From positions 10,108,001-10,168,000 of the forward strand of contig NC_087251.1 of NCBI RefSeq assembly GCF_037042905.1: a stretch of DNA of 60,000 bases. Reading direction: 5' to 3'. The notes beneath the pieces were generated by a model, which worked only from the letters and a program-made list of their open reading frames with translations, did no database searches and was not told where the DNA came from. The translations under genes were made by a program, and so were the position numbers. This DNA comes from Lytechinus pictus (Eukaryota). How positions within the stretch are numbered: position 1 is the stretch's first letter; the number at the start of each line of letters is the position of its first letter. Positions 10,520-25,250 of this stretch are shown here, piece by piece.

Positions 10520-11286
10520 ATTTTATATCAAACCATACCTGAATGAGCCTCAAATCATACACGAATGCTCAATATTGTCCTGCATCCCATATCGAATATA
10601 TCTAAGACACCCATATTCAAACAAATATTGAACAATCAATGTATTTTCTCTGGTTTCATGATTCTGAATTCAAGGCTGTAAGGTTTCAATGGATCGCTGT
10701 GTGTATTTGTATGATTTCTTTTTAGTTCAATTTTGAGAAATCAGACCATTCACAAGAAAATTCATGGGAACTATCAAAGCTATAAAAAACATCCAAAGCC
10801 AGTCTTTAGACTTGCAACATATATGTTGTTATAAGACTTCTTCCTCCTCACCAGATTAAAGAAAGACTACTAATACTTACATATAATTGCTCAACTGAAT
10901 AATGTACTCTATACTTCCCTCCCTCATGGAATGAGCTGGTATTTTCGTTTTAAAAATCTGGTCACCTTTGTTTGTAGCTCCATACAAAATATGCTTTCTT
11001 TTAGAATAAAATATTAAATCCTCAGATCTTGCAAATTTGTAAGGCTTCCCTCTGGTTGTGTATTGTAAATCAGTGTGTTCAAGTGTTTACATCAATGCAA
11101 AGATCCTGTTGTAAAATGTTTCATGAAGATTTTACGTCTGGCTTAAATTTGAGCAGCAAAACTTTTGTTAGGGGGGTGACACAAGATCCCCCCCCCTCCG
11201 AATAGAGTAATGTCATTAATTTTCATGAGTGGATTCTACAATTGTAAAGATATTGTTTACTACACTTACTACACATCAGTAGAAAT

Positions 11287-11546
11287 GGGCGCATTGTGGT
11301 CTAGTGGTTCTGACTCTCGCTTTCAAACAGCGGGTCGTGGGTTTTAAACTTAGCCATGGTTTGATTTACTTCAGCAAAAAAATTATCCACACTGTGCTGC
11401 CTCGACCCAGGTGAGGTGAATGGGTACCCGGCAGGAGTGCCAGTGATGGTAGCTTAAGCTACAGCTTGGGTAGTAATAGCAGTGCTTTGTATCCTTAGGC
11501 AAAATATGTTGTATAAATCCAGCTATTATTATTGTTATTATTATTT
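11287..11546 (+). mobile_element. tRNA-derived SINE with (ATT)n tail
   Basis: A-box tggtctagtgg, decayed B-box, same body as the 10167 copy, tail tattattattgttattattattt. Confidence 0.85.
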
Positions 11547-11814
11547 AGAAATTACATGTACATACATATGTTGTATTGGATAATGATATGTCTAGCTGTA
11601 TTGTGTACAATGAAATAAGTAAATAAATATATTAAGGATATAAATCTGACAGATCGACTTTTTTCTGTTGGTAATATTTGTTGAGGAGGAGGGGAATGGA
11701 TACCATTGGGACATTGTGCTGTTTTAAGTAGCAAATTTCTTTAAGCAAGGAACATTATCTATCATCTAGAGTTGTTGTGTTCCTTTTTTCGAGGGACAAA
11801 TAATTGTACACCTG

Positions 11815-11952
11815 GGGCCCGTTGCATAAATCTTTTTACCTGAGAAAACTCAGGTTGTTTTTACCAGAGTTTTTGCCCTGTGTTAAAGTCAATGGCAGAG
11901 ATCAGACTAACCTTAGTTTTCAGAGTTTTCTCAGGTAAAAAAAAACAGGCCC
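11815..11952. mobile_element. PIF/Harbinger-like MITE
   Basis: gggcccg...caggccc termini, 3-bp TSD ctg, perfect internal IR tttacctgagaaaactc / gagttttctcaggtaaa. Confidence 0.8.
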
Positions 11953-12273
11953 CTGTTGTTTGGCTGTTACTTTTTATGAAACATTGAATCGAATTGAATA
12001 AACAAGTATGTGCATCAATCAAGTGTGTTTTTGTATCGAACGTAATTGGTACTGTGAAATGAACCTTCAAGAAAACTACATGTATTTCATATTCTAAATG
12101 AATCTGTGATACTCATATTGCGTAAAGAAAATATTTGGCCTCTTGATTTTAGAATAATGGATTCATGATAAAAATCATGCCATTCTGGAATGGCTAAACT
12201 TTTGGCGTATTGTGATTTTCCCCTTAAATTAGGAACAGAGGATTGTACAAATATGTATTACTATTTCAGTGTT

Positions 12274-12430
12274 AGGCCTGGGACTTTCGGGTATTTTTGT
12301 CTTCGGGTACCCGTGGTAATTTTCGGGCGGGTACCCAGGTACCCGAAATTCACGACGCATGATATATGACTGGTGGAAAAACCCCATAGGTGACGTCATC
12401 CAGCAACTGCGCGCGCCGCAAGCAAACTTA
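12274..12430. mobile_element. Solo hAT-like transposon end
   Basis: taggcctggga terminus with repeated cgggtaccc subterminal motifs; the other end was not found. Confidence 0.5.
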
Positions 12431-15400
12431 TGAATGAAAATATAGTAAGCATTTCTTTGTTCTTATTCTTTGATTTTTCTGTTTCGATACAAGCCTACTT
12501 GTTCCAAAGGTTTCATTCCCCTTTAAAAATGAATGTTCCTGCTGGAATCTTACAAGCATCTTGTAATTTATTATTTTCAATTCAATCATGAAAAAACAAC
12601 AAGGAATGTATCAAAGTTGCTTTGAAAGACACATCTTTCCTGTTAATAGAATAGGCATTGACTTTTACTAAAGTACCTAAATAATACTTATGGAGTCAAT
12701 TGCCCTTGAATGCTCTGCAGATAAATGAAGCTATATCAATTATTTTATTATTTCATCATAATCAATTGTTTTTGTTAGCATTCAGGAACATATTAGTCTG
12801 AGGAAATTCACAATTCCCATTTTCGTTTTAAAAAAGAATGGTTTGCTAACGTTGTTTGAAATCAAGATTATTCCACTATTTGGTGTCTTTTTAGTTGAAA
12901 ATCAAACAATTCCATCATGTGTGTCATGATCGATATATGTTCATTTTCAAGCTATTCTTGGCAATGTGTGGGTTAAAGGTTTCGTGAGACCCAGATAACT
13001 TCTCTAATGCCTTCCATATGTGCAGCAAACAAACCACAGGTACGTGCACCAGGTGTGTATCCCAGGTGTTGACACAAATAGAGCTTTCTTTCTTTCCCCC
13101 CATCCACCGTCCATCCGTCCGTCACTCAATAGAGATGGCACAACTTCAGGTATTTGGGTCAGTATTGTGTGGGTTGGCCCTAGCAGAGACCCTAATTACA
13201 CCCAGATACAGACACATTTGTGTACCTGCTGAGGTGAATGACATATAGCATAGCTTGGATGTTTGGGAACAACATATTCGCAAGATGATGAAGTTTGTAC
13301 GTGGGCCTTTTTTTAAGGAACTAAATCTATTTAGAATCTCTCGAAGTCCATCACGTTGAATTTGAGAGATAGAAACAAATGTTCGGGGAATTGCATCTTC
13401 TTCAGTTAACAAATCTGTTTATGACAAATGATTTTGTATAAGTTATATTAATAAATGATATTTTGTAAAAATGGAAGAAATTAAATGTTAATTTGAATAA
13501 TGAATTTAAAGATGGCTTTATTGGTATACAAAATTGGTCATTTTCCTCCAATTTACCAAACTTACTATGTGTGTACTACATGTATCTAATACTCATAGTA
13601 TGCATTTTTATGGTCTTGTCTTAACATAAATTATGCAAGTCACTAGTCACATGTGAGTTGTTTTATTTATTTAATTTTTTTTTTTTTGGGGGGGGGTATT
13701 TTCTTTAATTTAGTAATTTGATTATACAAAAGTTAAGAGGGTAACGTTTCGTTATAGCTGTAGACATGCTGCTAGATATTTAAAAATCCAGTGTCTGTAA
13801 TACTTCTGTACAATGAAGTCAACATGTATGTCAGTATGAACATGTTTTGTCGTCGTTTGAAAATAAGGGTACATGAAGTTGGTCTTTTTATTTTCTCCAG
13901 TTTCTTTAGGAGTGAAGTCATTTTCCAGTTATGTTTCAGTCATTTTCTCTAATAGTTTTGGATAGCTTGGGAATTTATGGGTACAAATTGACTTCTTACT
14001 TGGCAACAATCCAAAAAGCAAACTGTGTACTTTTGATGGAAGATTGGATATATCCGTGCTGTGCTGTACTATGAAATCAGCTGTTGATGTTGAATAAAAT
14101 GAAAAAAAAATTTAATGAAGTCAATTATAAAGGGTTAGGCAGTGTTTCAGTGACAACCTGTAAAGTTTGTATCATGGACTATTAAGTCTGTTATTTCTCT
14201 CCTTAAAGAATTAGGTATGGCCATTCTCACATACTTTACATCCTGTGTTACCTAATCTCGCAAAAAATTTTGTCAATTAATTGAATGTTAATTAGCAGTT
14301 TTTGTTCTGGGAAAAAATTGGAAATGGACATACTTGCTGAAAAATGAACAGCAAGGTATACATGTACAGTACTCAGAATTTTCAAGCTATTCTGAGTCTA
14401 GGCTAATGTTCATTAATTACTCAAGTATTTGGATGGGAATTGCCACCAATGCTATTGTATGTTTTTAGCAAAGAATCCAGAAATTCTGTTTCATATGATG
14501 GTGGTAGTAATAACCAGAAGGCTTTGCCATAGATAGTTACGCATCATTGATTTTAATTTTTATTACACAGTTCCCTAGGTGGTGTGTAACAAAGAAACGT
14601 ACAAGGGATATTACAAATAATTAAGTGGTGTACTGTGTAGACTTATAGTTTTTAGCAATTGATCGCATCTTTAATGCTACAGTCCTGCAAAGCTACACCA
14701 CTCAGACGCTGGTTTATGGATGATATTACCCAGGTGTGGGTTGAACACCCATTGGAATGCATCCAGGTGTTGCGATTGACAGTTGCCTTCCGTCTGTCAG
14801 TCATTGGTACCAAAGGGGGGGGGGCACATCCCACCCCCTCTCTCTCTCTCTCTCTCTTTCCCTTTCGTACTCTGGTAACAAAATTACCTCTAATGGGCTC
14901 TCCATGTTGGAAGAATTATAGGCAACGCCAGATACCTGACATTCCAATTCAAAATAAAGTAAGACGCTATGAAAACCTCATCAAATCAGGATTGAATTCA
15001 TCCAGAAGACTACGGTATGGCTCCTGTATGTAATTGATGGTGGGCATTCAAGATATGTAAAAATAAATATGTGTCCATCATGAAACATATCCACCTGCCC
15101 TTGGTACCCCCAATTGAATATTGTCTATGTATATCTAGAGGCATAGGACCATCATTTCATGGATTAGATGATAAAATGTTGAGTCATAGCAATTTATGGT
15201 GGTGATCCCAAATGAAAGTTTAACACTATTAGAGAAATACATGTCTATCTACAACTGTCAGAGTGTTCTCTTTATTAAATTATTCGGGGGCCTGGGGACA
15301 ATTTTTGAAGAGGGGGTAATGGTTTTGGAAGAAAAAAATAACAAGCAAAAAAAAGAAAGGGTTACATTAAAATTAAGGTGATTTTGTTCAGAAAAAAAAT

Positions 15401-18400
15401 TGACAAGAAAAAAAATGTTTCTACTCAAAACTTAAGATAACTTTGGTAAACTTTCTAATTTTAGCATACCAACCTCATTTCATGCGCCCTATGGTGTAAA
15501 ACATGTGCAGTACCTCCGCTTTCCAGGGCCATAGATACTACCCCGGTACCCCCTCTCCCCTGAAAAATATATATATGAATGAAGACTGAAAAATTATGCA
15601 TGAATGAAGACTGAAATGTAATACATGAAGGAAGACTCAGAATGATTGGTTTTGGATTGAGCATATTTCATCATTACCATAGTTTGATAGTAATTTCAAA
15701 ACAGAAGCAGGAAACGTGGAGCTTCTTGTGATTATCTAATATACTGCCCTCATAGCACAGGAAGATGTAGGACTTAGATGATCACATTTTCCTCTCATAT
15801 CATCAGCCAGCACAGGCCACATTAATAAACTATACTCAGGCCAAAGTCATATAAAACTTTATCGGAGGTCACTCTACTTCATGAATTAAATAAAAGCTAT
15901 AAAGCAATGCTACTGTTGATTTTGTATAGACAGCATGACAGGAGTTCGTTGCTTGTCATGATAGCTCTTTCTGATTTGAATAAGAAAGGTAATAAGAAAG
16001 ATACATGTATATATATGGTTTTAAAGTATTTGTTAATTTGAATGAGATGTCATTGTATTCAACTATTCATGGAATGATTATTATTGTGATCTATGACAGA
16101 AATAATAAAGATTAGCAAATTACACAATGTTCCTCAGTATTATGTTCATCAATGCACTATATATCTCCATACTCAGTTCCTCCCAGAGTAAATTCTTTCT
16201 CGGCTTTGTACAAGTTTGAGATACTAGGGGAAATTACAGCAGTTTCAACATTCAGGGTAGAGATGAAAATGTGTTTGTAATTTTTCGTCAAGCTCTCCTC
16301 AAAGTGATGCACCATGACAGGAAGTGGAAGAGCAAATAAACGGACGGTATTTTAACGATGATTTAATGATGGATAAATGACATGTACTGTCCATGACTAC
16401 CAAATGAAAGCCTGATTGTCATTGCAGCTTCTTCACTTTACTGGGTGAACTTGACTTGGGGGGATAGTCAAAGACAGACAAGGAGGATGAAGAAACATGG
16501 GGCAGGGTGACAAAACCCATCTTGTTGTTAGGTCATCTAAGATTGCACCCCCTGTTTCCTCATTCTGTTAAACTGGTTATCTATCCCTCTCTGCACTCTG
16601 ATGGTATTTCATGATGTGCTAATTTTCCTCCGATACCCGGACTATCCTTTCCAACAAAAAGGCAAGATGATGGGATGGAAATTGGTAGTCTGTTGCCATG
16701 GTGATAGCCATTTAAACGAAAAAGCAGCATGGTCCCCCCACCAAGAAGGCCTAAGCTAGAATTCATTGCACTTTTATAGGGTTTATGATTTTAGTAACTG
16801 AGAGAGGACATTCCAACAATGTTGCATTCAATGTTATTTGATTGGCCCTGCCTGCTGGCTTGTTTGGTCCCATCTGTGTGTTTACAGACTGTGTCTTTGG
16901 AAGATCTGGATGCATGTTTAGGGATCTGTCGAAAGGATACACCAGAGCTGATTCAATTGGAGTAGATTACTTCTCTTATTGAAATTGACAGGTTTAGATA
17001 TTGTGCATACATGTGTCAAAAGGGTGTTCCAGGATAGCATGATATTGCTTGAATTTCAATAGAAAGAAAAATAGAGAGATAAAAGTCAAGTGATATGTTG
17101 GAAGGCTTAGTGATTGAAAACACAAGAGAGTTTCTTTGTGTTTTTTGGTCACGTTATCCACAATATCAGTTTGAAACACCTTAGACAAAGGGAAGAGGAT
17201 GTATTATTTATTCATCGTGCATTTGATGGCAATACATCATTCGTTTTCTGCGAAACAAAGTTTCTAATGTGTTTTACATACATGTCGATGCAATTGCACT
17301 TATGAATAGGCCTATGTTACTTTAATGTAGGCCTAATAGGTATAAATCTTGTAAGCAGTATAGGCCCTATTTCATAACTAAACTGTATGTTGATTCTGCT
17401 CCTTGTTGAACAAAGAAAAAAACAAAAAATTAATGATTTTTTTTGTAAAATGGTATTAATTTTTTTGACAATATGAATGATCGCTATACAAGGTCAAAAC
17501 TAAAAGGCATGTATTATTTTCAATGTTCCTTTTTGTAGTCGAGGCATTATTTATCCTTTTTAAAATTGGAATTCAGAATTATTGATATTTCTATCAACCC
17601 ATTGTGATTTTTGCGAGGACAGTGTTAAAGATGTAACAGCATATCTTTCAGTTTGTCAGTACTGTCTTTGAAATATGGGTAATGGTGAGTTGCAACTCCC
17701 ATAGGAGTTGATCATGACCACCCAAATATTTGTCTGAATACCGTCATCATATGCTACTTGAAGCTCGACGGCCAACCCCTGCATGTCTGTATAAAAGAAA
17801 GGGGAGAAGTAATGATGCTTTTTACAAGGGATAGTTTGGGCAATATGACAGAATGGAATGCGTTTCAGGTGAGATTTATACTGCCCCCAGCGCTTGTGAT
17901 AATATGATTAGTTTCACATTATCCTGACAGATAACACCCATCACTTAGATGAGTGTAAATAATCCATGCTGTGATTTACGCCTGCCTACAAGTCTTCACA
18001 ACAAAATAGCGGGATTTATGGCTTGCTGCAGATGATACATGCACTGATAGGATATGTAGAGGAATATGAAAACACTGCTGATGTTTGAAATGTTTGGATG
18101 CTCTTGACAATAAAGAAACTGCTTTTTTGTCACTGTCAGTCAGAGGATGATATTTGAATAGCAAAAAGGGCATAAAGAAGTAAGAGTTTTGCAAGATGTT
18201 GGTTATCGAGTCATCATATTTGAAAACCAATGTATGATTGGGTTCAAATCAAACATGGAAGGAAAAATTTAGAATGCAATAAAGAGAAATTCAAAAAATT
18301 CGTATTTCCTTAAATTTTCATCCTCATAATCCAAATTTAGATAATGAAAAGCTCTTTATTATTTTATAATGAAATCTTATGTTTGTTTTATTTTATAATA

Positions 18401-19320
18401 ATTGAAATACAATGAAATATTTTGAAAAAATAAAGGTTAAGTTCTTAACTATATTAGGAAAGCTCTGATGAATCCTCTATCCTCCATCTGCAACTCGTTC
18501 AATATTGGTAGCAAAATGTTGCTCTAGTGACCTGTCTTGCCATTCACCTCCTTGGGAAGAATCCAGGATGTCCAAACATGGAATGCAAAACTATGAAGCA
18601 AACAAGATAACAAATCTTCATGACATTGCTATAACTGGTGAAGGTTCAATCAAATGAAGATATTTACCGTCTTTACCTGAGTTCTCTCGTAAATATGAGC
18701 AATTCTAATGGTATTTATCCCAACTCTGATCTCTTTTGGAAAGAAAAAGCCAAATGGAATTTTGCCATTACCTGCCAAAAAAGGTGAGATCACCCACAGT
18801 GATAGAGCATGTTCCTTGTTTGACGGGTTTTAGAAACATTGCTCCTGCCATTTATTGGCACAACTTTGAACCTTGGAAACACTTTCCACCTAGATTTATT
18901 ACCATCCCTCAATCAACAAATCTGTTACAATATCATTAAAGTATTGACAAGGTGATATTGAATAGAAGTTTCAGATAAACTTCCACAAGATTTCTCCTCA
19001 AATTGATCCTTTGAACAAAAAAATTATAGAATTTTCTTGTTAGTATACATTATGGAAACCAGAGAAGATTATTAATTGAATTTTCATGCCGATGAAGGCC
19101 TACATATATCTATCAAATTTTGATATTATCCTTTCTTATGGTAATATATTGATATACAATTTTACGCAATTTCCAAAGTACACATCATCTCTGTAAAATA
19201 TCATTTTGATAAACCACAAAAGAAATTGTTACATAATACAAACAACAATATTACATATTTCACACACAAAAAATAAGAAGAAAAAGATAGAAAAGGGGAT
19301 TTAAAAAAGTGCATACAACA

Positions 19321-19904
19321 AATCTTCAGCTTCCCACAAGAAGGGACTTATCAACATTTCCTTTAAAAAAAATCATTTTTTTTAATTGCTGAAATGGAAA
19401 AAGCATGCCATGAATTTTCTTCTGGTACCATTCTCGAACCTAAATATGACATAATAAGCAAAAACATTCCAACGTGCTTTACACACCTAGATGCGTCCTT
19501 TACGCACCTAGATGCATCCTTTTTCTGGGAACTGGATCGCGCATTTCGTTCCTGGGAAAAAGACACTTCTTCGTTCAACATGCTTCCGCACATAGACCGA
19601 TTCGCATTAGCGTCTTTTTTCCAGGAACTTGATTAGTAGATTGCATAATTTTTTGTTCCCGGAAAAAGGGAGTACAGTATCGATTCTTAAGATTAGAAAG
19701 TGTTTAGAGTGTTTTACATAAAATCACAAAACATCAATGAAGAAAAATCTTGCTTTGTCAGAAAGTTTGAGAATTAGGACAGAACATAATTCACTAGCTC
19801 CTAAAAGCACAAAAATAAGGTCAAAACATAATTTGCATTTTCTTGGAAATGTATGTTTTGCGCATGTGTGCGCTGAGTCCCTTCTTGCGGGAAGCCGACG
19901 AAAT
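19321..19904. mobile_element. Non-autonomous TIR element
   Basis: TIRs gcttcccacaagaagggact / agtcccttcttgcgggaagc; internal 21-bp tandem duplication tttac(a/g)cacctagatgc. Confidence 0.75.
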
Positions 19905-20021
19905 AACCTTAACCAAAGCTATATGAAAATGCAACAATATGGAGATTATTGAGTAGAGAAATGCAATAATTCTTTTTTTCATTATTTCTACCCTCCACTT
20001 AAGTATTTTTAGCGAACACTT

Positions 20022-20054
20022 AGTAGTAGAAGTAGAAGTAGAAGTAGTAGTAGA
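20022..20054. repeat. (AGT/AGA)n microsatellite
   Basis: agtagtagaagtagaagtagaagtagtagtagaa. Confidence 0.85.
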
Positions 20055-20938
20055 AATATGATGAGGAGGATTATTTCCTAATTGGACTACTGTAGAAGTA
20101 CCTTTTTTGTACAACTTCTGGTGAACTTGAAACCACCCCTCTATCTACCATATCCCCAATAGAACTGTTGGTTTGGGAATTTTGCAATCCAGGTCCAATT
20201 TCCTTTACCAGGCTGGGGGCAATAAATCACTGGAATCCATTTATGATAAGCTTGCTTTTATTAACATAATTTTAAAGGATTCACCATATTGATCGAAGTA
20301 TAGGTATTGACTTTACATCTTACCAACTTATGATATAGGCATGGTACTTTGTTGAGTTGAAGAGATTTTACGATTATTTCAAACTCTACATTGAGGTAAA
20401 TAGGAATAATGGTATTTTTACGTCAGATAAATGTCATGGAGGAAAATATTTTCAGTGGATAAAATTATGTGAAGGGAATCTATCGCCTTATTAATTTGTA
20501 AATGTTTGACATTCAATACCATCATCACTTCAGGTTGAGTATAACTGGTTATGTGGAGTAAGCATTTCTAAAAATTTGAAACACAATCTTAGCAAGAACT
20601 GATGAAAAGACAGGGTATATATGGATGTGTAGTTAAATATGGATCTTTTGAGAAAAAATACATATCAGTTTGAACTGGGGTTCTTTTCACTGATTGTTTA
20701 ATTTATGTAAAGGTTATTCTTTTTAAATTATTTTTTACATTTTCTCAGTGAGTATGTATCATGATAAATTTGTTAAATTTGATCTGGGAATAGGTATTCA
20801 TATTGTAAGTGGTGAAAAATTAGATAAGAAATGAAGTATATTCTTTATATTATAAATGTATTAATATTTGTCATTCTAAAATGTGATAAACTGGTTTCAG
20901 AAGTGAAATTAATATTGAATATTTTGTTGTTTTTCTAG

Positions 20939-21067
20939 GGTCATGTTGACACCATTTGTTGTGTGAAGTTTGATATAAGGAGACTGATCACAGGCTCTAT
21001 GGATCGAACTATTAGAGTATGGGATATTCGCAGTGGAAAAAGCATACGCAGGCTTACAGGACACAAG
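20939..21067 (+). CDS. WD40 gene, window exon 6, WD repeat 1 (GHVDTICCVKFDIRRLITGSMDRTIRVWDIRSGKSIRRLTGHK)
   Basis: ttttctag acceptor, aag/gtgaga donor; canonical GH...GS.D.TIRVWD repeat. Confidence 0.96.
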
Positions 21068-21077
21068 GTGAGATCAT

Positions 21078-21295
21078 ACACTGAAAATACAGTGGTGTAA
21101 ATATTACACAGGTAGGTGTGGTGCGAGGATTGCATCTAGCATTAAACACCAGTGTAAATTCATGGTGTTAGTTTAACACCTAGTTATATAAACACTACAG
21201 GTGTTATATTGAAACTCCATGGTGTGTTTGTATACCTTTGCATGCAGTCCTCTCATACTGACTGGTGTCGTTTTTTTACCCTGTAGCTTTTCATG
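21078..21295. mobile_element. Decayed palindromic CACT-type MITE just after the exon 6 donor
   Basis: Starts tacactgaaaa; internal IR gaggattgcat / atgcagtcctc; many aacacc/ggtgtt subrepeats. Confidence 0.55.
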
Positions 21296-24200
21296 TTGCT
21301 TGTATTAACAAGATCCATCATACCATAGTCTAACTCATGCTTGAAAGCATGGACTGAAATATATGAAGAATACATTTTTCAAAAAGCACAGGAACAGTTT
21401 ACTTTGGGGAAGCCTAACAATGGCTCAGTTTTACTTTGGGGAAAAAAATTGATATCATTTTTAAATTTACGTTGGAGTAAAATATATGCATCATAATTAT
21501 CTTGATCATGCAACATCCTTACTCAAAAGCTTTGTGTTAATACATTTTCACAGCAAAATTATTCTTAATTGATTCATCTCAACAATTCACAAATCAAGAT
21601 AATGGCAATGCAAACTAGTATTTGTCAGTCATGGTGTCTAAAATATATAATGGCTGTGTCCTCTCGAGGCATGTTTAATTGTGTGTTATTACACACAGTT
21701 TAACATGCCGGCGAGTCAAAAACAGCCATTTGAACATTTTTGTACCAGCTACATATGGGTGGTTTGAATAAAATTACATAAAACGGTTGTTTTCGACTCG
21801 CCGTACGGCAGGCGGAGGCCTAAGGGGGAAATGTGACTGACGTATGAACATAGCTCCTGATACCTAGGGAACATCATTTAACAATAAATTTTCTTAACAT
21901 GTCCATGAAATGATAATAAAATTACAATGAATACAATTACGTTTTGTGTAATGGGGCCGTTGTATGTCATAAATAATCATACAAACATTGAAGAATCAAA
22001 TAGGATCAATAAACACCTCCTGTTTAAGTTATCAAGGAATTCAAAATGATTGATAAATGAGGATGAACTTATTCAAATTTCCTACATAAAATGGTAAGTT
22101 CCTTCAAAAGTAATTCTGATCGCCATTGCAACAAAGAGTAATGCTGGTCTTGAGTCTGTGAGTAGTCCTAGTAGACACTTGATTCATAGGAAATTGAATC
22201 AGTTCTAAATTGATGTAATATAAAACCAAGCACCTCAGGTTTTGTTGTGCCATTTATCTAGACATATATATTTAATCATATTTGATGATTTCATTCCTCA
22301 ATTTCTAAATGTGTGAAATTGAGCAAAACCTCAGATCAATTCACCTGTGATGACATGCGGAATGAATTTGATTTTTGCATCTTTGCTCGTGAAGTGTGCT
22401 GTTTGGAATAAAATCATTATATTTACATGTACATATAGGCCAATGATTTATTGATTCCCAAAACATGCAGAAGAAAACGAAAGTATCATATCTGCTTCAA
22501 AGAATTTGTTTGTGTTTTTGTATTGATTGTTCATTTCCTTTTTTTTTTTTAGTATTTATTACTGTAATATTGTAGACAATTTCTATTGTGTACATTACTA
22601 TGCAATTAAAATAATCATCTCCTTTACTTTCCACTCTCAGTGCTCATTGAAAACTCATAATTTAAAATAAATAAGAAACATTTTCAGGTGGTCAGTCTTT
22701 TTATGTTCAACTCGTTTCACCGTGTCATGTTAAAACTTACTCATCACTGTGACCATGGCTCTATTCTAAAAACAAATGTGGAGGTGATAGAGCTGATAAT
22801 ATTGCTTTCAAAATACAATCATTTAGGGAATTATTTCATTATGACTCATATAGTGACCTCAAGTTATGTCCCATAGATGACCTCAAAACTTTACTCATTT
22901 TAAACTCAATAGATTGATTACCTGGTAGAGCACATGAGGTCACTATGCAGGGAATAAAAGCAACAGCATTTGATTTACTATTAGGGTGTGTTCCAACAAG
23001 GTATGAGAAAGCTCTGTAACGATGACATTCATCAATGTTCTTAATGTTCAGATATGGTGTGTTATGGAATCCAATCCTCATTTTTAGATATTCTAAAAGA
23101 AAGACCATAGATAGATCAGAGAAACAGGTTTGTGAAAAAAAAAATTGAGAATTTGTACAAGTTGCTATTAGCTTTATAGACATTTTTAAATGGGGAATAG
23201 GTAATCTGGGTATTGTATCCAGATTTTGTATTTATAGACAATTCCTGCATACGCTCCTATAGTCTATACATAAACTAACTAAAATGTCATCTTTTATCAT
23301 TTTTTAAATAAAAAAAATCACTAGAATTTATTTATTAGTAACAATAACTCTACTACCAAATTTCAGGAACATTTTCCTAAACTGTTGAAATCTTGTAAAA
23401 CAAAAAAAAGCAACATTTGTACTGATGAATAGCCATCTGTGGTTATGTGTAGTAATATGGTCATTTCCTTCAGCCCGTCATAAGGCCAGAGGCTATATGG
23501 ACTAGATAGCCACCTTGTGAGCTCATTCTGCGGAGATACGATGGCCAAGAAAGATGGCAGTATGCAAAGAGAATTAGGCCAATTAGACCTGCTTGTAGCC
23601 CCTTTCCTATTCCCTTTCCCCTGTTTTGAGAACTCAATTAATAGCAAGTTAACAGAAAGTTGACCGTTGTATGGCTCTTGTAGCTGTAGTGACACATGAA
23701 TTCAATTATGACCTCTTATTGTCAGGATAGGCATAACACTAATTGATATTGTCTTCCTTATTCTACACAGATAAATATTTTTTGTTATTTTGCTCTATTT
23801 TAATTATCTCAAATACAGTAATCAAATGAGGAAACACTTTGATGATCAGGTTAGAAATTCTTTCCTTAATCTCTTGTAGGCCTATTGGTTACGCAGTTCG
23901 AATGTTGTTTCCAAGTCTATATTTCATAACACATTTACTGTAATTGAAATAAAATTTAAAAAATTTCCTATCCTTGTAGAGGTGTAAACTTTATTATCAT
24001 CTTGTGGTAAATATAAAGCAATACACCTTAAACTTTGAACAAAAGGCTAAATATTATATTCACTAAAAACCTGGGTCCTGATATCAAACAAAAAGATTTG
24101 CAATAGAATGTGTAGGCAAACATGTGAGATCCATTCTGATTGGTTGCTGATGAGGGTTTCGGACAAAAACTTTATGCAATAAATGATCTTGATTTATCTT

Positions 24201-25250
24201 ATAAATTTAGTGATTGATTACAAACATTTATGATTAGTGAGTAACTGTATGTAAAGATGCAAAATATAACGCAGTACTAGATTTTCATAGTGATTAAGTT
24301 ACATGTAACTGGATAATAAACTTTAAAACTCACTATTAATGTTTAGTAAAATGAGTATGGATAATACATACATGTACATGTATATTCAAAATTACAATGT
24401 GAGGATTTCCTACTATGAAGAGCTTTTTTTTTTCTTCAATTTTTCATGTGTATTGTCTAATTGCAAAACCAGAACAAATAAGATACAAAGTTTTGGATCA
24501 AAGAAAATGTAGAAGAGTGCCCCCTTGTGGTCAATTAGAGCCATTGTGATGCATTTTCAGCTGTTCCCACACAATAGTATAAACCTCCTTTAGTCATACT
24601 TAACCCATCCTTTCTCATTCATTCATCATTAAATGCACTTTCTATTGTACACTTCCTCCACCTGCATCAAACAGAGGACCCGTGCTTGCTACCTTTTCCC
24701 CGCCCAAAAGTCTGTAAAACTGAAAGAAAGGGGAATAGAACCTGTATGACTAATAGAGTTGGCTGTACTGGGCTTGGCATCTTAGAATTAGTAAGGAAAT
24801 TGCTGTGGACACGCGGCAGCCACAGCATGCTGCTCTTCACTGCCATATGTATTATATTACTGGTTGTACGACCCCATCAGGCCCTGTACTCTATGACCCA
24901 GCTCCGGTAGTAACCATCAGACACGCAAACCCCCCTCTCTCTCTCTCTCATACATCTATTGCTCATCCAATCTCTATCCAGACAATATAGGAGTTGCCAA
25001 TGTTGTCCAGATTTACATGAGAGAAAACAGGTAAAGTGACCTAATGACTCCCCGTGAGATACATTAGTGCTTTTGTTTCTGGATGCACCACTTGTATGTT
25101 TAAAAAGAGCTGCTTTTATAATTTGAAAATTAGAATTGATATCGAATATGAGTGTAATATTTTTTTCTCATTTAATTGATATTCCAGAAAGAACTATGCA
25201 AAAATTGAGAAAGAGAATGAGGGAAAGATGTGTTATATTCTATCTGATAT

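Noticed and set aside
10167..11360. Two tRNA-like sequences as tRNA genes
   Set aside because: The cloverleaf is decayed and both continue into a shared SINE body, one with an (ATT)n tail.
19363..19636. ORFs with a repeated FTHLDAS motif
   Set aside because: Caused by a 21-bp duplication inside a TIR-bounded non-autonomous element.
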